From positions 1 through 36,230 of the forward strand of contig CAZPVP010000006.1 of the NCBI GenBank assembly GCA_964590345.1: 36,230 nucleotides of DNA, written 5' to 3'. Origin of the DNA: an uncultured Gammaproteobacteria bacterium (GTDB taxonomy: Bacteria; Patescibacteriota; Patescibacteriia; CAIXNZ01). Within the stretch, counting starts at the first letter, position 1. Each line of letters begins with the position of its first letter. Of this stretch, positions 1 through 8,134 are shown in pieces. The position numbers and the translations under genes were made by a program. Below the pieces are notes generated by a model. That model saw nothing but the letters and a program-made list of their open reading frames with translations. It was not told where the DNA came from and did not search any database.

Positions 1-66
1 AGTTATTTCTTAGATATCTTCTATTATACCTGTGACTTTTGCTTTATTATACCCTATTACAAGGCG

Positions 67-95
67 TTGACAAAACACGAAAAATGTGCTATAAT
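67..95 (+). promoter_or_regulatory. sigma70-type promoter, TTGACA-N17-TATAAT with extended -10 TG
   Basis: ttgaca 67-72, 17-nt spacer ending in tgc, tataat 90-95; upstream of ORF 153. Confidence 0.8.
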
Positions 96-152
96 GCAAG
101 TATCAAAATAAAGTGCTTTAAATAAATCAAACTTTAGCAAAGGGGGCCTTTC

Positions 153-560
153 ATGAAAAAATTCTTAACTAAAATCGCCAACGAAATGAACACCACGTCC
201 AGAACTATCCTATTAGTCCTAATCGGCCTTGTGGGATTTACTGCTTCCATTATCATCGCCAGAGATATGCATAACTCCCGTCTTTCACCCACTTCTCTGC
301 CAAATGAAATAAAAAGCTATGAAGGCCGAACAATATTAACTGGTGAGGTGACGGGTATGCCAGTCTATTTATCTGCCGAAAGCGGATTAGGACTTGTCAC
401 TGTCAAGGTTGATGGCATTGCCAAGAAAAACATTGTCACTGCCATAATCAACCTAGATAAAAAAATTACTGACGGTGACAAGGTTGCACTCAAAAGCTAC
501 AACATCTCTCCGCAAAGCAATTTCGGCGATCAATTCCGAATAGCTGAAAAGATTCATTGA
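153..560 (+). CDS. hypothetical protein with one N-terminal TM helix and a small beta-rich soluble domain
   Basis: 135-aa ORF; hydrophobic segment ILLVLIGLVGFTASIII; G-rich RBS (agggg); own promoter and terminator. Confidence 0.8.
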   Translation: MKKFLTKIANEMNTTSRTILLVLIGLVGFTASIIIARDMHNSRLSPTSLPNEIKSYEGRTILTGEVTGMPVYLSAESGLGLVTVKVDGIAKKNIVTAIINLDKKITDGDKVALKSYNISPQSNFGDQFRIAEKIH

Positions 561-578
561 CCCAAATTTACTAAATTT

Positions 579-602
579 AAGGACGCATCCGCGTCCTTTT
601 TT
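579..602 (+). terminator. rho-independent terminator
   Basis: aaggacgc-atcc-gcgtcctt followed by a T tract. Confidence 0.8.
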
Positions 603-710
603 CTTTTTCTGGAAAATTTTGGTAAACTTAAAAGGCAAGCGGATGTACAAATTTTTTACTAATTTTACAAATTTGTATATTTATACCTTATTCGTAAATT
701 CGCCTTCTTT

Positions 711-1247
711 ATGAAAATCGCCATCATTTCTGACTCTCATGATAATTGGCCTAATATTGAAAAGGCCATAAAATATTTAAACAGACAAAAAATCCGCGTA
801 ATTATTCACTGCGGAGATGTTTGCGCTCCTTTGACTTTGGAAGAAATGACTAAATTATTTAAAGGCGATCAAATTCACTTAGTTAACGGCAATGTAGACG
901 GTGACATTGAAGGATTTAAACGCGTTGCTAAAAAATATAAAAAACTTAAATTTTACGGCCAAACCGGCAAAGTTGAGATTGCCTGCCCGCCAAAGCCCGA
1001 AGAGCGAAGGCGGGATGGCTTAAAAATGGTTTTTTGCCATTTTCCTTTTGTGGCAAAAAAAATAGCCAAATCCGGCAAATACGATTTTGTTTTTTATGGC
1101 CATACGCACAAACCATGGACTGAAAAAATCAAACAAACAGAAATATTAAACCCGGGTACTTTAGCCGGACTTTTTTCCAAAGCTACCTTTGCAGTTTTTG
1201 ATACTGAAACCCAAAAAGCAAATTTAATCTTACTCGAAAAGATATAA
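711..1247 (+). CDS. YfcE/MJ0936-family metallophosphoesterase
   Basis: Motifs ISDSHDN, HCGD, GNVD, FCH, YGHTH, NPG; carries an 11-aa insertion ACPPKPEERRR. Confidence 0.92.
   Translation: MKIAIISDSHDNWPNIEKAIKYLNRQKIRVIIHCGDVCAPLTLEEMTKLFKGDQIHLVNGNVDGDIEGFKRVAKKYKKLKFYGQTGKVEIACPPKPEERRRDGLKMVFCHFPFVAKKIAKSGKYDFVFYGHTHKPWTEKIKQTEILNPGTLAGLFSKATFAVFDTETQKANLILLEKI
982..1014. repeat. GC-rich palindromic REP-like element inserted in frame in the phosphoesterase
   Basis: cctgcccgccaaagcccgaagagcgaaggcggg; cccgcc/ggcggg inverted arms; related copy at 1296-1325. Confidence 0.75.
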
Positions 1248-1295
1248 AAGCATTTTGCCTGACGAAAAATTATTCGTAGATTCGTTGCCTATTCG

Positions 1296-1325
1296 CCTGC
1301 CCACCGAAGCTTTAGCTAAAGCGGA
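1296..1325. repeat. second, intergenic and degenerate copy of the same REP-like family
   Basis: cctgcccaccgaagctttagctaaagcgga; same cctgccc-cc-aagc start as 982-1014. Confidence 0.7.
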
Positions 1326-1346
1326 TAGTAGATTCGCATTATATAT

Positions 1347-1375
1347 AAAAAAAGACGTCTTGGGGAAAGACATCT
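1347..1375 (-). terminator. rho-independent terminator (minus strand)
   Basis: Minus strand agatgtctt-tcccc-aagacgtct-tttttt; one U-G pair forms only on the minus strand. Confidence 0.7.
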
Positions 1376-1485
1376 AAAAATTGGACAAAAGGACGAAGCA
1401 TGCTCCTTTTTAAAAAATTCTGCGCAGAAACAGAATGAGATTAAACCCCCAAGGGATTGGCAAACCCTTGTCCCATTCGATTATT
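1347..1485 (-). ncRNA. candidate structured small RNA
   Basis: Upstream TGtTAAAAT extended -10, three to four hairpins inside a ggac/gtcc closing helix, then a terminator; no family recognised. Confidence 0.3.
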
Positions 1486-1538
1486 TATATTTTAACAAAT
1501 TAAAAGCGCTTCATTAAAGAAGGATTCTTTTGTTTAAC

Positions 1539-1745
1539 CTACTGGCCGACAGACAGAGCAAAGCTTAATGAACGTAATTGATTAATATCAAAAATTTTTT
1601 TGCACTTGGCACAACGCACCTCAAGTAAATTACAGGTCGTTAACTTTTCTCCGCACAAAGGGCAACCTTTTTTAATTATTTTCTCTTGCAATTTGATTAA
1701 GCGATCGTATTCTAGCCCCATTTTTTTTATTTGTTCTTTACTCAT
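1539..1745 (-). CDS. small zinc-ribbon-like hypothetical protein
   Basis: CPLC...CAKC pairs; strong RBS aaggaggg just upstream of the ATG. Confidence 0.75.
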   Translation of the reverse strand: MSKEQIKKMGLEYDRLIKLQEKIIKKGCPLCGEKLTTCNLLEVRCAKCKKIFDINQLRSLSFALSVGQ

Positions 1746-1878
1746 TTTCCCTCCTTGTGATTTGTGGCTTCAATTCTTTTCATTGCCTTTTAATTTTACA
1801 AAAAAAGACAAAATGTTTTTAGAATTCAAAGCCTATGTCCAGCAAACTTTTAAATTTTTTGCTATACTATATATAACA

Positions 1879-1964
1879 TACGAAATTACTAATTATATAC
1901 GAATATGCAAATTACTCTGTTTTTATGAATATTCGTATATTTGTAAAAATTTCGTATTTTCGTA
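1879..1964. repeat. imperfect 34-bp inverted repeat built from TACGAAT/ATTCGTA units
   Basis: Left arm 1879-1912 tacgaaattactaattatatacgaatatgcaaat pairs with right arm 1931-1964; similar units near 645-703 and 1271-1336. Confidence 0.65.
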
Positions 1965-2058
1965 AGGATAAAGGCGTAATCAATTATCATTATATTATTC
2001 TATCACAAACCATAAAATTATCCAATAAACATTTTAATTAATATTAATTTTGTAAACT

Positions 2059-2532
2059 ATGATAGAAATTTTAATTATTACCGGTAAATTGGCCTTGGCT
2101 ATTGCTCTCGGCTGGGTTATTGGCTTGGAGCGCGAACTTTCAGGCAAAGAAGCTGGCACCAGAACTTTAGCTTTAGTCACAATGGGCTCAACTTTGTTTA
2201 CTGTAATATCCCTCTATGGCTTTGGGCAATATTCTAATGTTGACCCCAGTAGAATAGTCGGCCAAATTCTTGTCGGCATTGGCTTTATTGGCGCCGGCTT
2301 AATTATCTTTGAAAAGCATCGTGTTGAAGGACTAACAACAGCAGCGGCTTTATGGGCTACAGCTGCTGTAGGTGTGGCTGTTGGTATTGGCTGGTATCTT
2401 GTGGCTATAATTTCTTCCATCTTAATCTTTGCTTTACTTTTTATTATTGGCCGAATGGAATATAAATATCTTAAGAAAAAAACATTATGGGGTTTATTCG
2501 AGAAAAAACAAAAAAAGAAGTGGTGGTTTTAA
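2059..2532 (+). CDS. MgtC/SapB family membrane protein
   Basis: IGLERE...AGTRT, DPSRI...GIGFIGAG, GLTTAAALW motifs. Confidence 0.93.
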   Translation: MIEILIITGKLALAIALGWVIGLERELSGKEAGTRTLALVTMGSTLFTVISLYGFGQYSNVDPSRIVGQILVGIGFIGAGLIIFEKHRVEGLTTAAALWATAAVGVAVGIGWYLVAIISSILIFALLFIIGRMEYKYLKKKTLWGLFEKKQKKKWWF

Positions 2533-3272
2533 TTAAAAAAACTGGTCACGTTTTATTAAAAGAACTCCAAAAAGGCACCCGGCCAAAAGCTAAATTCAAA
2601 AGCAAGCATGAAATTGTTACTCGCGCTGATTTTTTAGCTGAAGAAATTATTTTAAAAAAATTAAGGGCTTTAACACCTAATTGGCAGATTGTTTCCGAAG
2701 AAAAAGGTGATAATCATAAAAAAGCTGACTATCTTTGGCTAGTTGATCCACTTGATGGCACGACTAATTTTTATATGGGCAATCCATTATTTGCCGTCCA
2801 AATTGCTTTAATCTATAAAAATGAACCTCTTTTGGCTTATCTTTATGCTCCTGCTATAAATGAATTTTATTTTGCAGAAAAAGGCAAAGGCGCTTTTTTG
2901 AATAATAAAAAAATCAGGGTTTCTAATCATAAAACACCTGATGTGCTTTTAACTTATTGCCATGGACATAATCAAGCTGCTAAGAAAAAAGCCCTTAAAC
3001 TTTATACGCATTTCAAATTAAATAATTTTAAAATTCGTCTTTTAGGCAGCGCTGCAATTGAATTTGCCTGGGTAGCGAAAGGGCGAACAGATGCTTATTT
3101 TTCACCTGGTGCCAGCCTTTGGGATGTTGTGCCAGGTGTTTTATTAGTTAAAGAAGCTGGCGGTAAAATTTATAATTTTAAAGGGCAACCATGGGATTTA
3201 AAATCTAAAAATGTTTTTGCTAGTAATGGCAAAATTGACAAACAGCTTTTAAAATTTTTAAAAACAATCTAA
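2487..3272 (+). CDS. inositol monophosphatase (SuhB-like) family protein; start uncertain because it overlaps the MgtC gene by 46 nt
   Basis: VTRAD, SEE, WLVDPLDGTTNF, GSAA, WDV...EAGG motifs. Confidence 0.92.
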   Translation: MGFIREKTKKEVVVLIKKTGHVLLKELQKGTRPKAKFKSKHEIVTRADFLAEEIILKKLRALTPNWQIVSEEKGDNHKKADYLWLVDPLDGTTNFYMGNPLFAVQIALIYKNEPLLAYLYAPAINEFYFAEKGKGAFLNNKKIRVSNHKTPDVLLTYCHGHNQAAKKKALKLYTHFKLNNFKIRLLGSAAIEFAWVAKGRTDAYFSPGASLWDVVPGVLLVKEAGGKIYNFKGQPWDLKSKNVFASNGKIDKQLLKFLKTI

Positions 3273-3284
3273 TTTATTAAAATT

Positions 3285-3557
3285 ATGCTAAGAACAATTA
3301 TCACCATTATTGCCTTTTTATTTTTTGCTGTCTTTATTGCTATTATCTTTACTTTATTTTTTACACCAAAAGAAAAACTACGCTATGAAGGATGCGTTCT
3401 TCTACAAAATCCAAAAACTCTAGAAGTTGACTGCTTTGGCTGCGCCAATGGTGTTTGTAAAGATGCACCCAAAGATTGGGTTTTATATGAAAAACCAGAG
3501 ATTGGCGCTCCTTACGCTTGTTACGAAACAGAACAAGGTTGCCAATTAGCTCAATAA
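3285..3557 (+). CDS. small membrane-anchored protein with a six-Cys extracellular domain
   Basis: N-terminal TM helix, then CVLL...CFGC...C...C...C. Confidence 0.8.
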   Translation: MLRTIITIIAFLFFAVFIAIIFTLFFTPKEKLRYEGCVLLQNPKTLEVDCFGCANGVCKDAPKDWVLYEKPEIGAPYACYETEQGCQLAQ

Positions 3558-3594
3558 TTGCGGAATAAAAAATTAAATGGTAAGAATAAAAAAT

Positions 3595-3825
3595 ATGATT
3601 GAAAAAATTTATACTATTAAAGTAATTCCCAACTCAAAAGTTAATAAAATTGTTGAACAAAAAGATGATTTTTTAAAAATAAAACTAAATGCTTTGCCCA
3701 AAAAAGGCAAAGCTAACCGTGCTTTGATAGAATTTTTAAGTCAGGAATTTAAAATTACAAAAAATAAAATTCAAATACTAGCTGGTGAGATGTCTCGAAT
3801 AAAAATGGTAAAAATTGATTTTTAA
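3595..3825 (+). CDS. DUF167 (YggU/UPF0235) family protein
   Basis: IKVIPNS...KIKLNALPKKGKAN...I.ILAGEMSRIK; start at 3595 preferred, 3577 possible. Confidence 0.9.
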   Translation: MIEKIYTIKVIPNSKVNKIVEQKDDFLKIKLNALPKKGKANRALIEFLSQEFKITKNKIQILAGEMSRIKMVKIDF

Positions 3826-3841
3826 TCTTTCACAAACAAAC

Positions 3842-3868
3842 AAAAAACCGCCGTAATTGGCGTTTTTT
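3842..3868. terminator. bidirectional terminator between convergent genes
   Basis: aaaaaccgcc-gtaatt-ggcgtttttt. Confidence 0.6.
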
Positions 3869-3899
3869 ATTTACAATTTTTTTTCATAATGCTGAAAAT

Positions 3900-4181
3900 T
3901 CATTCCTCATGCTCTTCAGGGACTGGATCGTGGCCGCCTTTTGACCATGGATGACAACGAATTAATCTTTTTAACCCCAACCAGCTGCCCTTAATAACTC
4001 CATATTTTGAAATCGCTTGGAGAGTGTATTGGCTGCAACTCGGATAAAATTTGCAGCCCCAAAAGGGGAATATTTTAGCTAAAGGCCCATGATCAAAAGA
4101 AAGGGTTTTTTGATATAATTTTATAGCCAACAAAACTGCTAATTTTATTTGATAACTTAAAAATTTAAAAAGTTTTTTCAT
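3900..4181 (-). CDS. yidD: membrane protein insertion efficiency factor YidD
   Basis: [10 protein letters not shown]...G...[17 protein letters not shown]; follows rnpA. Confidence 0.95.
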   Translation of the reverse strand: MKKLFKFLSYQIKLAVLLAIKLYQKTLSFDHGPLAKIFPFWGCKFYPSCSQYTLQAISKYGVIKGSWLGLKRLIRCHPWSKGGHDPVPEEHEE

Positions 4182-4528
4182 ATTAATTGGGCTTTCTTAA
4201 AAACGTTAAATAAATTTTTTTCAATTTCTTGTTGCTTTAAAACTTTACCTTGTTCATTAATTATTTTAGGCGAAACAATAATAACAATATCATAGCCTTT
4301 TTCTGTTTTATTCAACAATAGCCTAATAATTTCTCGAATTCGTCTTTTAATCAAATTTCGCTGATTAGCCTTTTTGCTAACCTTATTGGAAACAATGATT
4401 CCAAAGCGGGAAAAAGGCAATTTATTTTTTATTCGCTTAATCAACAAAACAGGGGAATAAATAGTCTTTCCATTCATAACTGCCTCAAATTCTTTATTTT
4501 TAGTTAAGCGATATTTTTTTGCTAGCAT
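4178..4528 (-). CDS. rnpA: ribonuclease P protein component
   Basis: MLAKKYRL..., [26 protein letters not shown] (RNR motif); synteny with rpmH and yidD. Confidence 0.96.
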   Translation of the reverse strand: MLAKKYRLTKNKEFEAVMNGKTIYSPVLLIKRIKNKLPFSRFGIIVSNKVSKKANQRNLIKRRIREIIRLLLNKTEKGYDIVIIVSPKIINEQGKVLKQQEIEKNLFNVFKKAQLI

Positions 4529-4570
4529 ATAACTTATTATAAAAAAACTAGGACTTTTTGCCCAGCTTTT

Positions 4571-4732
4571 TTATTTTTTACCTTTCCGCTCTTGCGAAAC
4601 CGATAATCTCGTCCTTTTCTTTTTTCTTCTGTTTTTTATAATCTGTTTACCGTTTTTATTTTTCATCCTAGCACGAAAACCATGTGTTTTTACCCGTTTT
4701 TTTCTTTTAGGCTGATATGTTCTTTTAGGCAT
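4571..4732 (-). CDS. rpmH: 50S ribosomal protein L34 (53 aa; absent from the supplied ORF track)
   Basis: Manual translation [53 protein letters not shown]; divergent from dnaA. Confidence 0.97.
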   Translation of the reverse strand: MPKRTYQPKRKKRVKTHGFRARMKNKNGKQIIKNRRKKKRTRLSVSQERKGKK

Positions 4733-4821
4733 AATTTCTTAAATATAAAGTTTAAAAAGTGATAAAATTAAAAACACCCTTAATTAATACTTCAAATTTT
4801 AATTATATAAATCATATCACT

Positions 4822-4870
4822 TGTGGAAAAATTTGTCAAAACAAAATTTTTATATTAAAATAAATCCACA
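4822..4870. promoter_or_regulatory. DnaA boxes upstream of dnaA
   Basis: tgtggaaaa 4822-4830 (reverse complement TTTTCCACA, matches TTWTNCACA); aaatccaca 4862-4870 (2 mismatches). Confidence 0.65.
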
Positions 4871-4992
4871 AAATATTAACAAACTATAAACATTTAGCGC
4901 CCTTGACCTTGTTTTTTTATATGTTTAATTATGTTAAACTATTTTTATATAATATTATCTAAAACAAAAGCCTACTTAAATACCAGGGTACT

Positions 4993-6378
4993 ATGAATAC
5001 ACAAAAAATATGGCAAGCCGTGCTTGGCGAACTCGAGCTTTCTCTTAGCCAGGCTAATTTTACTACTTGGTTTAAAGGTACTTTTATTTTAGAAATGGAT
5101 GACAAGAAAGTAATTATCGGTGTACCCAATGCTTTTACTAAAAGTTGGCTAGAAAAAAAATATACAAGTGACATTTTAAAAGCACTTCGCAATATTACTG
5201 AAACAAATTTAAAAGAAATTGATTATAAAGTTGCTTCTATCAAAAAAAGTTCCCCCAAAGAAATCTCTGAAACCACCATTCAGGACCAAACACCACAAGA
5301 AAAAGAACTAGTAAAAAAAATTGGTCAAATTAATGGGCAAAAACCAAGTAATGCTTTTGGGCTAAATCCAAAATATACTTTTAATACATTCATTGTTGGA
5401 AAAAACAATGAATTAGCCAAAGCGGCCTCTTTGGCGGTCACTGCTAATCCTGGCTTAACTTATAACCCTCTTTTTATCTATGGTGGTGCTGGCCTTGGTA
5501 AAACTCATCTTTTACAAGCCATTGGTCATGAAACATTAAAAAATGCACCAAAAAATAAAATTCTTTATATTACCTGTGAAAAATTTACTAATGATTTTAT
5601 AAATTCTGTTTCTAATGGCAAAGCGACTAGTTTTAAAGATATTTATCGTTCGGTTGATGTCCTGCTAATTGATGATATTCAATTTTTAGCTGGCAAAGAA
5701 GGCACCCAAGAAGAATTTTTCCATACTTTTAATTCCTTGCACCAAAATAACAAACAAGTGGTTATTTCCTCTGATCGTCCGCCAAAAGCTATCCCTGCTT
5801 TAGAAAATCGGCTTTTAAGCCGTTTTGAATGGGGCATGATCGCTGATATTTCTTTGCCTGATCTAGAAACCCGGTTGGCTATTTTAGAAGCAAAAATGAA
5901 TGAAAAACAATATGCTATAGAAAAAAATATTTTAAATTATCTGGCCGCTAATATTTCTAATAATGTCCGCGAACTTGAAGGGGCGCTAAATAGAATTATC
6001 GCTTTTCATCAATTAAATAATACTACGCCAACATTAGAATCAGTAAAAAAAATCTTAACTAACTTAACAACAAATCTACAAAAAAAATCATTAACACCAA
6101 AAGATATTGTCCAAACAGTGGCCAACTTCTATGATGTTTCTGTTGACGATATTGTCGGCAAATGCCGTGAAAAAAAGCTTGTTATCCCGCGCCAAATTAT
6201 AATGTTTTTATTAAGAGAAGAAATAAAAAGCTCCTTTCCATCTATTGGTCAGGAATTAGGCGGTCGCGATCACACTACAGCTATGCACGCTGTTACTAAA
6301 ATCAAAAATGATTACGATAATGATGAAAGAACTCGTCGCGAAATAGAACAAATAAAACAACGGTTATATAATTTATAA
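4993..6378 (+). CDS. dnaA: chromosomal replication initiator DnaA
   Basis: YNPLFIYGGAGLGKTHL Walker A, LLIDDIQF Walker B, QEEFFHTFN, GGRDHTT domain IV. Confidence 0.99.
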   Translation: MNTQKIWQAVLGELELSLSQANFTTWFKGTFILEMDDKKVIIGVPNAFTKSWLEKKYTSDILKALRNITETNLKEIDYKVASIKKSSPKEISETTIQDQTPQEKELVKKIGQINGQKPSNAFGLNPKYTFNTFIVGKNNELAKAASLAVTANPGLTYNPLFIYGGAGLGKTHLLQAIGHETLKNAPKNKILYITCEKFTNDFINSVSNGKATSFKDIYRSVDVLLIDDIQFLAGKEGTQEEFFHTFNSLHQNNKQVVISSDRPPKAIPALENRLLSRFEWGMIADISLPDLETRLAILEAKMNEKQYAIEKNILNYLAANISNNVRELEGALNRIIAFHQLNNTTPTLESVKKILTNLTTNLQKKSLTPKDIVQTVANFYDVSVDDIVGKCREKKLVIPRQIIMFLLREEIKSSFPSIGQELGGRDHTTAMHAVTKIKNDYDNDERTRREIEQIKQRLYNL

Positions 6379-6691
6379 TTTGTGCAAAAAAAGTTTATAA
6401 AAAAGAAAAAACCTGGGATAAGCTCTGTAATTTATTTTTAAAAAATCCTCATAATTAGTTGATAAAAATGTTGATAAAAATAACGATTATCCCCAATAAA
6501 AAACACCTGTTCTTTTTACTAACAAATAAAACACAAGTATTTTAAAAGTTTTTTCAGAACTTATTAACAAAAATTTTGCGATCTTTTATTTTAAACTTAG
6601 CAAAAAAATAGTTTTTATTTATTTTTATTCACAGACTTTATTATTATAATTCATAAATAAATAAAATATTAATTAATAACTAACAAAGTTT
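6379..6691. other. chromosomal origin of replication (oriC)
   Basis: dnaA-dnaN intergenic region with DnaA-box-like 9-mers at 6381, 6413, 6457, 6469, 6487, 6561 and 6625 (TTATTCACA), followed by TTA/TAT trimers and an AT-rich tract; plus strand appears to shift from C-rich to G-rich here. Confidence 0.85.
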
Positions 6692-7858
6692 ATGAAAATT
6701 TCCTGTACACAAAAAAATTTAAATCAAGGTTTAAACATAGTTTCACATATTGCTAGCAAAAACACATCTTTGCCAATTTTAAATAATGTTTTAATAAAAG
6801 CAGAAAAAGGTGTTTTAAGTTTAATTACAACCAATTTGGAAGTAGGCATAAATTGTCAAGTCCGTGGCAAAATAGAGAAAGAGGGGGCTTATACGGTTAA
6901 CTCAAGGCTTTTTAATGATTATATTAATTTATTACCTAATAAAAAAGTAGATATAGAAGTAAAAGATGACTCATTGGAAATAAAAACAGAACAGCAAGAA
7001 ACAAAAATAAAAGGCAATAGTGCTGAAGAATTTCCTTTAATTCCCCAAGTCGAGAGAAAAAATGCTTATATTTGCAACGTACAGGACTTAATCAAGGCTT
7101 TTTCCCAAATTCTGTTTGCTGTTTCTGTCGCCGAAACAAGACCAGAAATTGCAGGTGTTTATTTTAATTTTAAAGATAATTTTTTAACATTAGCTACTAC
7201 TGATAGTTATCGTTTGGCGGAAAAGAAAATAAAATTAAAAGAAAAGGTAAAAGAAGAAAAAGAAGTTATCATTCCAGCTAAAACAAGCCAAGAATTGTTT
7301 AGAATTCTTTCTAATTTAGTCAGCATTCAAGAAGATTCAGATGAAGAAGAGCAAGGCCTGCAACAAATAGAAATTTATTTTGAAGATAATCAGGTGCTTT
7401 TTGTTTTTGATAACATTGAATTAGTTTCAAGAATTATTGAAGGGCAATATCCAAATTATAGCCAAATCATTCCTACTGATTATAAGACAAAAGCATTGAT
7501 AAATATTACTGACTTTATCAAGGCAACCAAAACAGCATCATTGTTTTCTCGTGCCGGTATTTTTGATATTAATTTAGAACTAAAAGACGGGGAATTGATT
7601 GTTTCCTCAACTAATAATCAATTAGGCGAAAACAAGTCAAATGTTGAAAGCAGCGTTGAAGGAGAGGATAATAAAATTGTAGTTAATTATCGTTATTTAT
7701 TAGACGGTTTACAAAATATGGACGCTTCAGAAGTTATTTTTGAAATGACTGATCTTGCCAATCCCTGTCTTTTAAAACCAGCTGAAAGCCTCCCTAAAGG
7801 AGAAGCGCCAGTAGCTTCGGAAGATTATCTTTATATTATTATGCCAATAAAGCAGTAA
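6692..7858 (+). CDS. dnaN: DNA polymerase III beta sliding clamp
   Basis: LPILNNVLI, TNLE, ATTDSYRLA, SRIIEGQYPNY, YIIMPI; adjacent to dnaA. Confidence 0.98.
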   Translation: MKISCTQKNLNQGLNIVSHIASKNTSLPILNNVLIKAEKGVLSLITTNLEVGINCQVRGKIEKEGAYTVNSRLFNDYINLLPNKKVDIEVKDDSLEIKTEQQETKIKGNSAEEFPLIPQVERKNAYICNVQDLIKAFSQILFAVSVAETRPEIAGVYFNFKDNFLTLATTDSYRLAEKKIKLKEKVKEEKEVIIPAKTSQELFRILSNLVSIQEDSDEEEQGLQQIEIYFEDNQVLFVFDNIELVSRIIEGQYPNYSQIIPTDYKTKALINITDFIKATKTASLFSRAGIFDINLELKDGELIVSSTNNQLGENKSNVESSVEGEDNKIVVNYRYLLDGLQNMDASEVIFEMTDLANPCLLKPAESLPKGEAPVASEDYLYIIMPIKQ

Positions 7859-7885
7859 TCTTTGTTTTTTCCTTTTGGTGATTAA

Positions 7886-7913
7886 AAAAGAAGCATTTTA
7901 AGATGCTTCTTTT
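7886..7913 (+). terminator. rho-independent terminator after dnaN
   Basis: aaaagaagcat-tttaag-atgcttctttt. Confidence 0.7.
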
Positions 7914-7933
7914 CGTGCTAAAATTAAAGCAGT

Positions 7934-8122
7934 ATGAAATGCCAGAAAGAAAAAAATTCCATTTCTTGTAATTGTACATATCTTTGTGATAAAAATGGGC
8001 TGTGTTGTCAATGCATTGCTTATCATAGAAAAAGAGAGGAGCTGCCAGCTTGTTATTTTACGTCGGAACAAGAAAAGACCTATGATCGCTCAATTGAAAA
8101 TTATTTAAAATTAAATTACTAA
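7934..8122 (+). CDS. small Cys-rich protein, DUF6485-like
   Basis: [18 protein letters not shown]...LPACYF...TYDRS pattern. Confidence 0.75.
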   Translation: MKCQKEKNSISCNCTYLCDKNGLCCQCIAYHRKREELPACYFTSEQEKTYDRSIENYLKLNY

Positions 8123-8134
8123 TTTATTAAATTT

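Noticed and set aside
1383-1473. Multi-hairpin region as a tRNA
   Set aside because: No 7-bp acceptor stem, TTC(G/A)A T-loop in the proper position or canonical D-arm
640-1964. Short repeats as a CRISPR array
   Set aside because: No identical 23-47-nt direct repeats with regular unique spacers, and no cas genes
1600-1965. 121-aa plus-strand ORF
   Set aside because: Antisense to the zinc-ribbon gene, runs through promoter and repeat DNA, and has a non-protein-like composition
2487-2532. 46-nt MgtC/IMPase overlap as a frameshifted fusion
   Set aside because: Both proteins appear complete and an alternative GTG start near 2520 would shrink the overlap; no convincing recoding signal
153-4181. 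Alternative genetic code (TGA=Gly, as in Gracilibacteria/Absconditabacteria)
   Set aside because: Conserved genes translate full length under code 11, and TGA ends yidD and ruvC at their expected C termini
3900-4732. Absence of yidC after rpmH-rnpA-yidD
   Set aside because: Operon rearrangement is common, and gene loss cannot be inferred from one window
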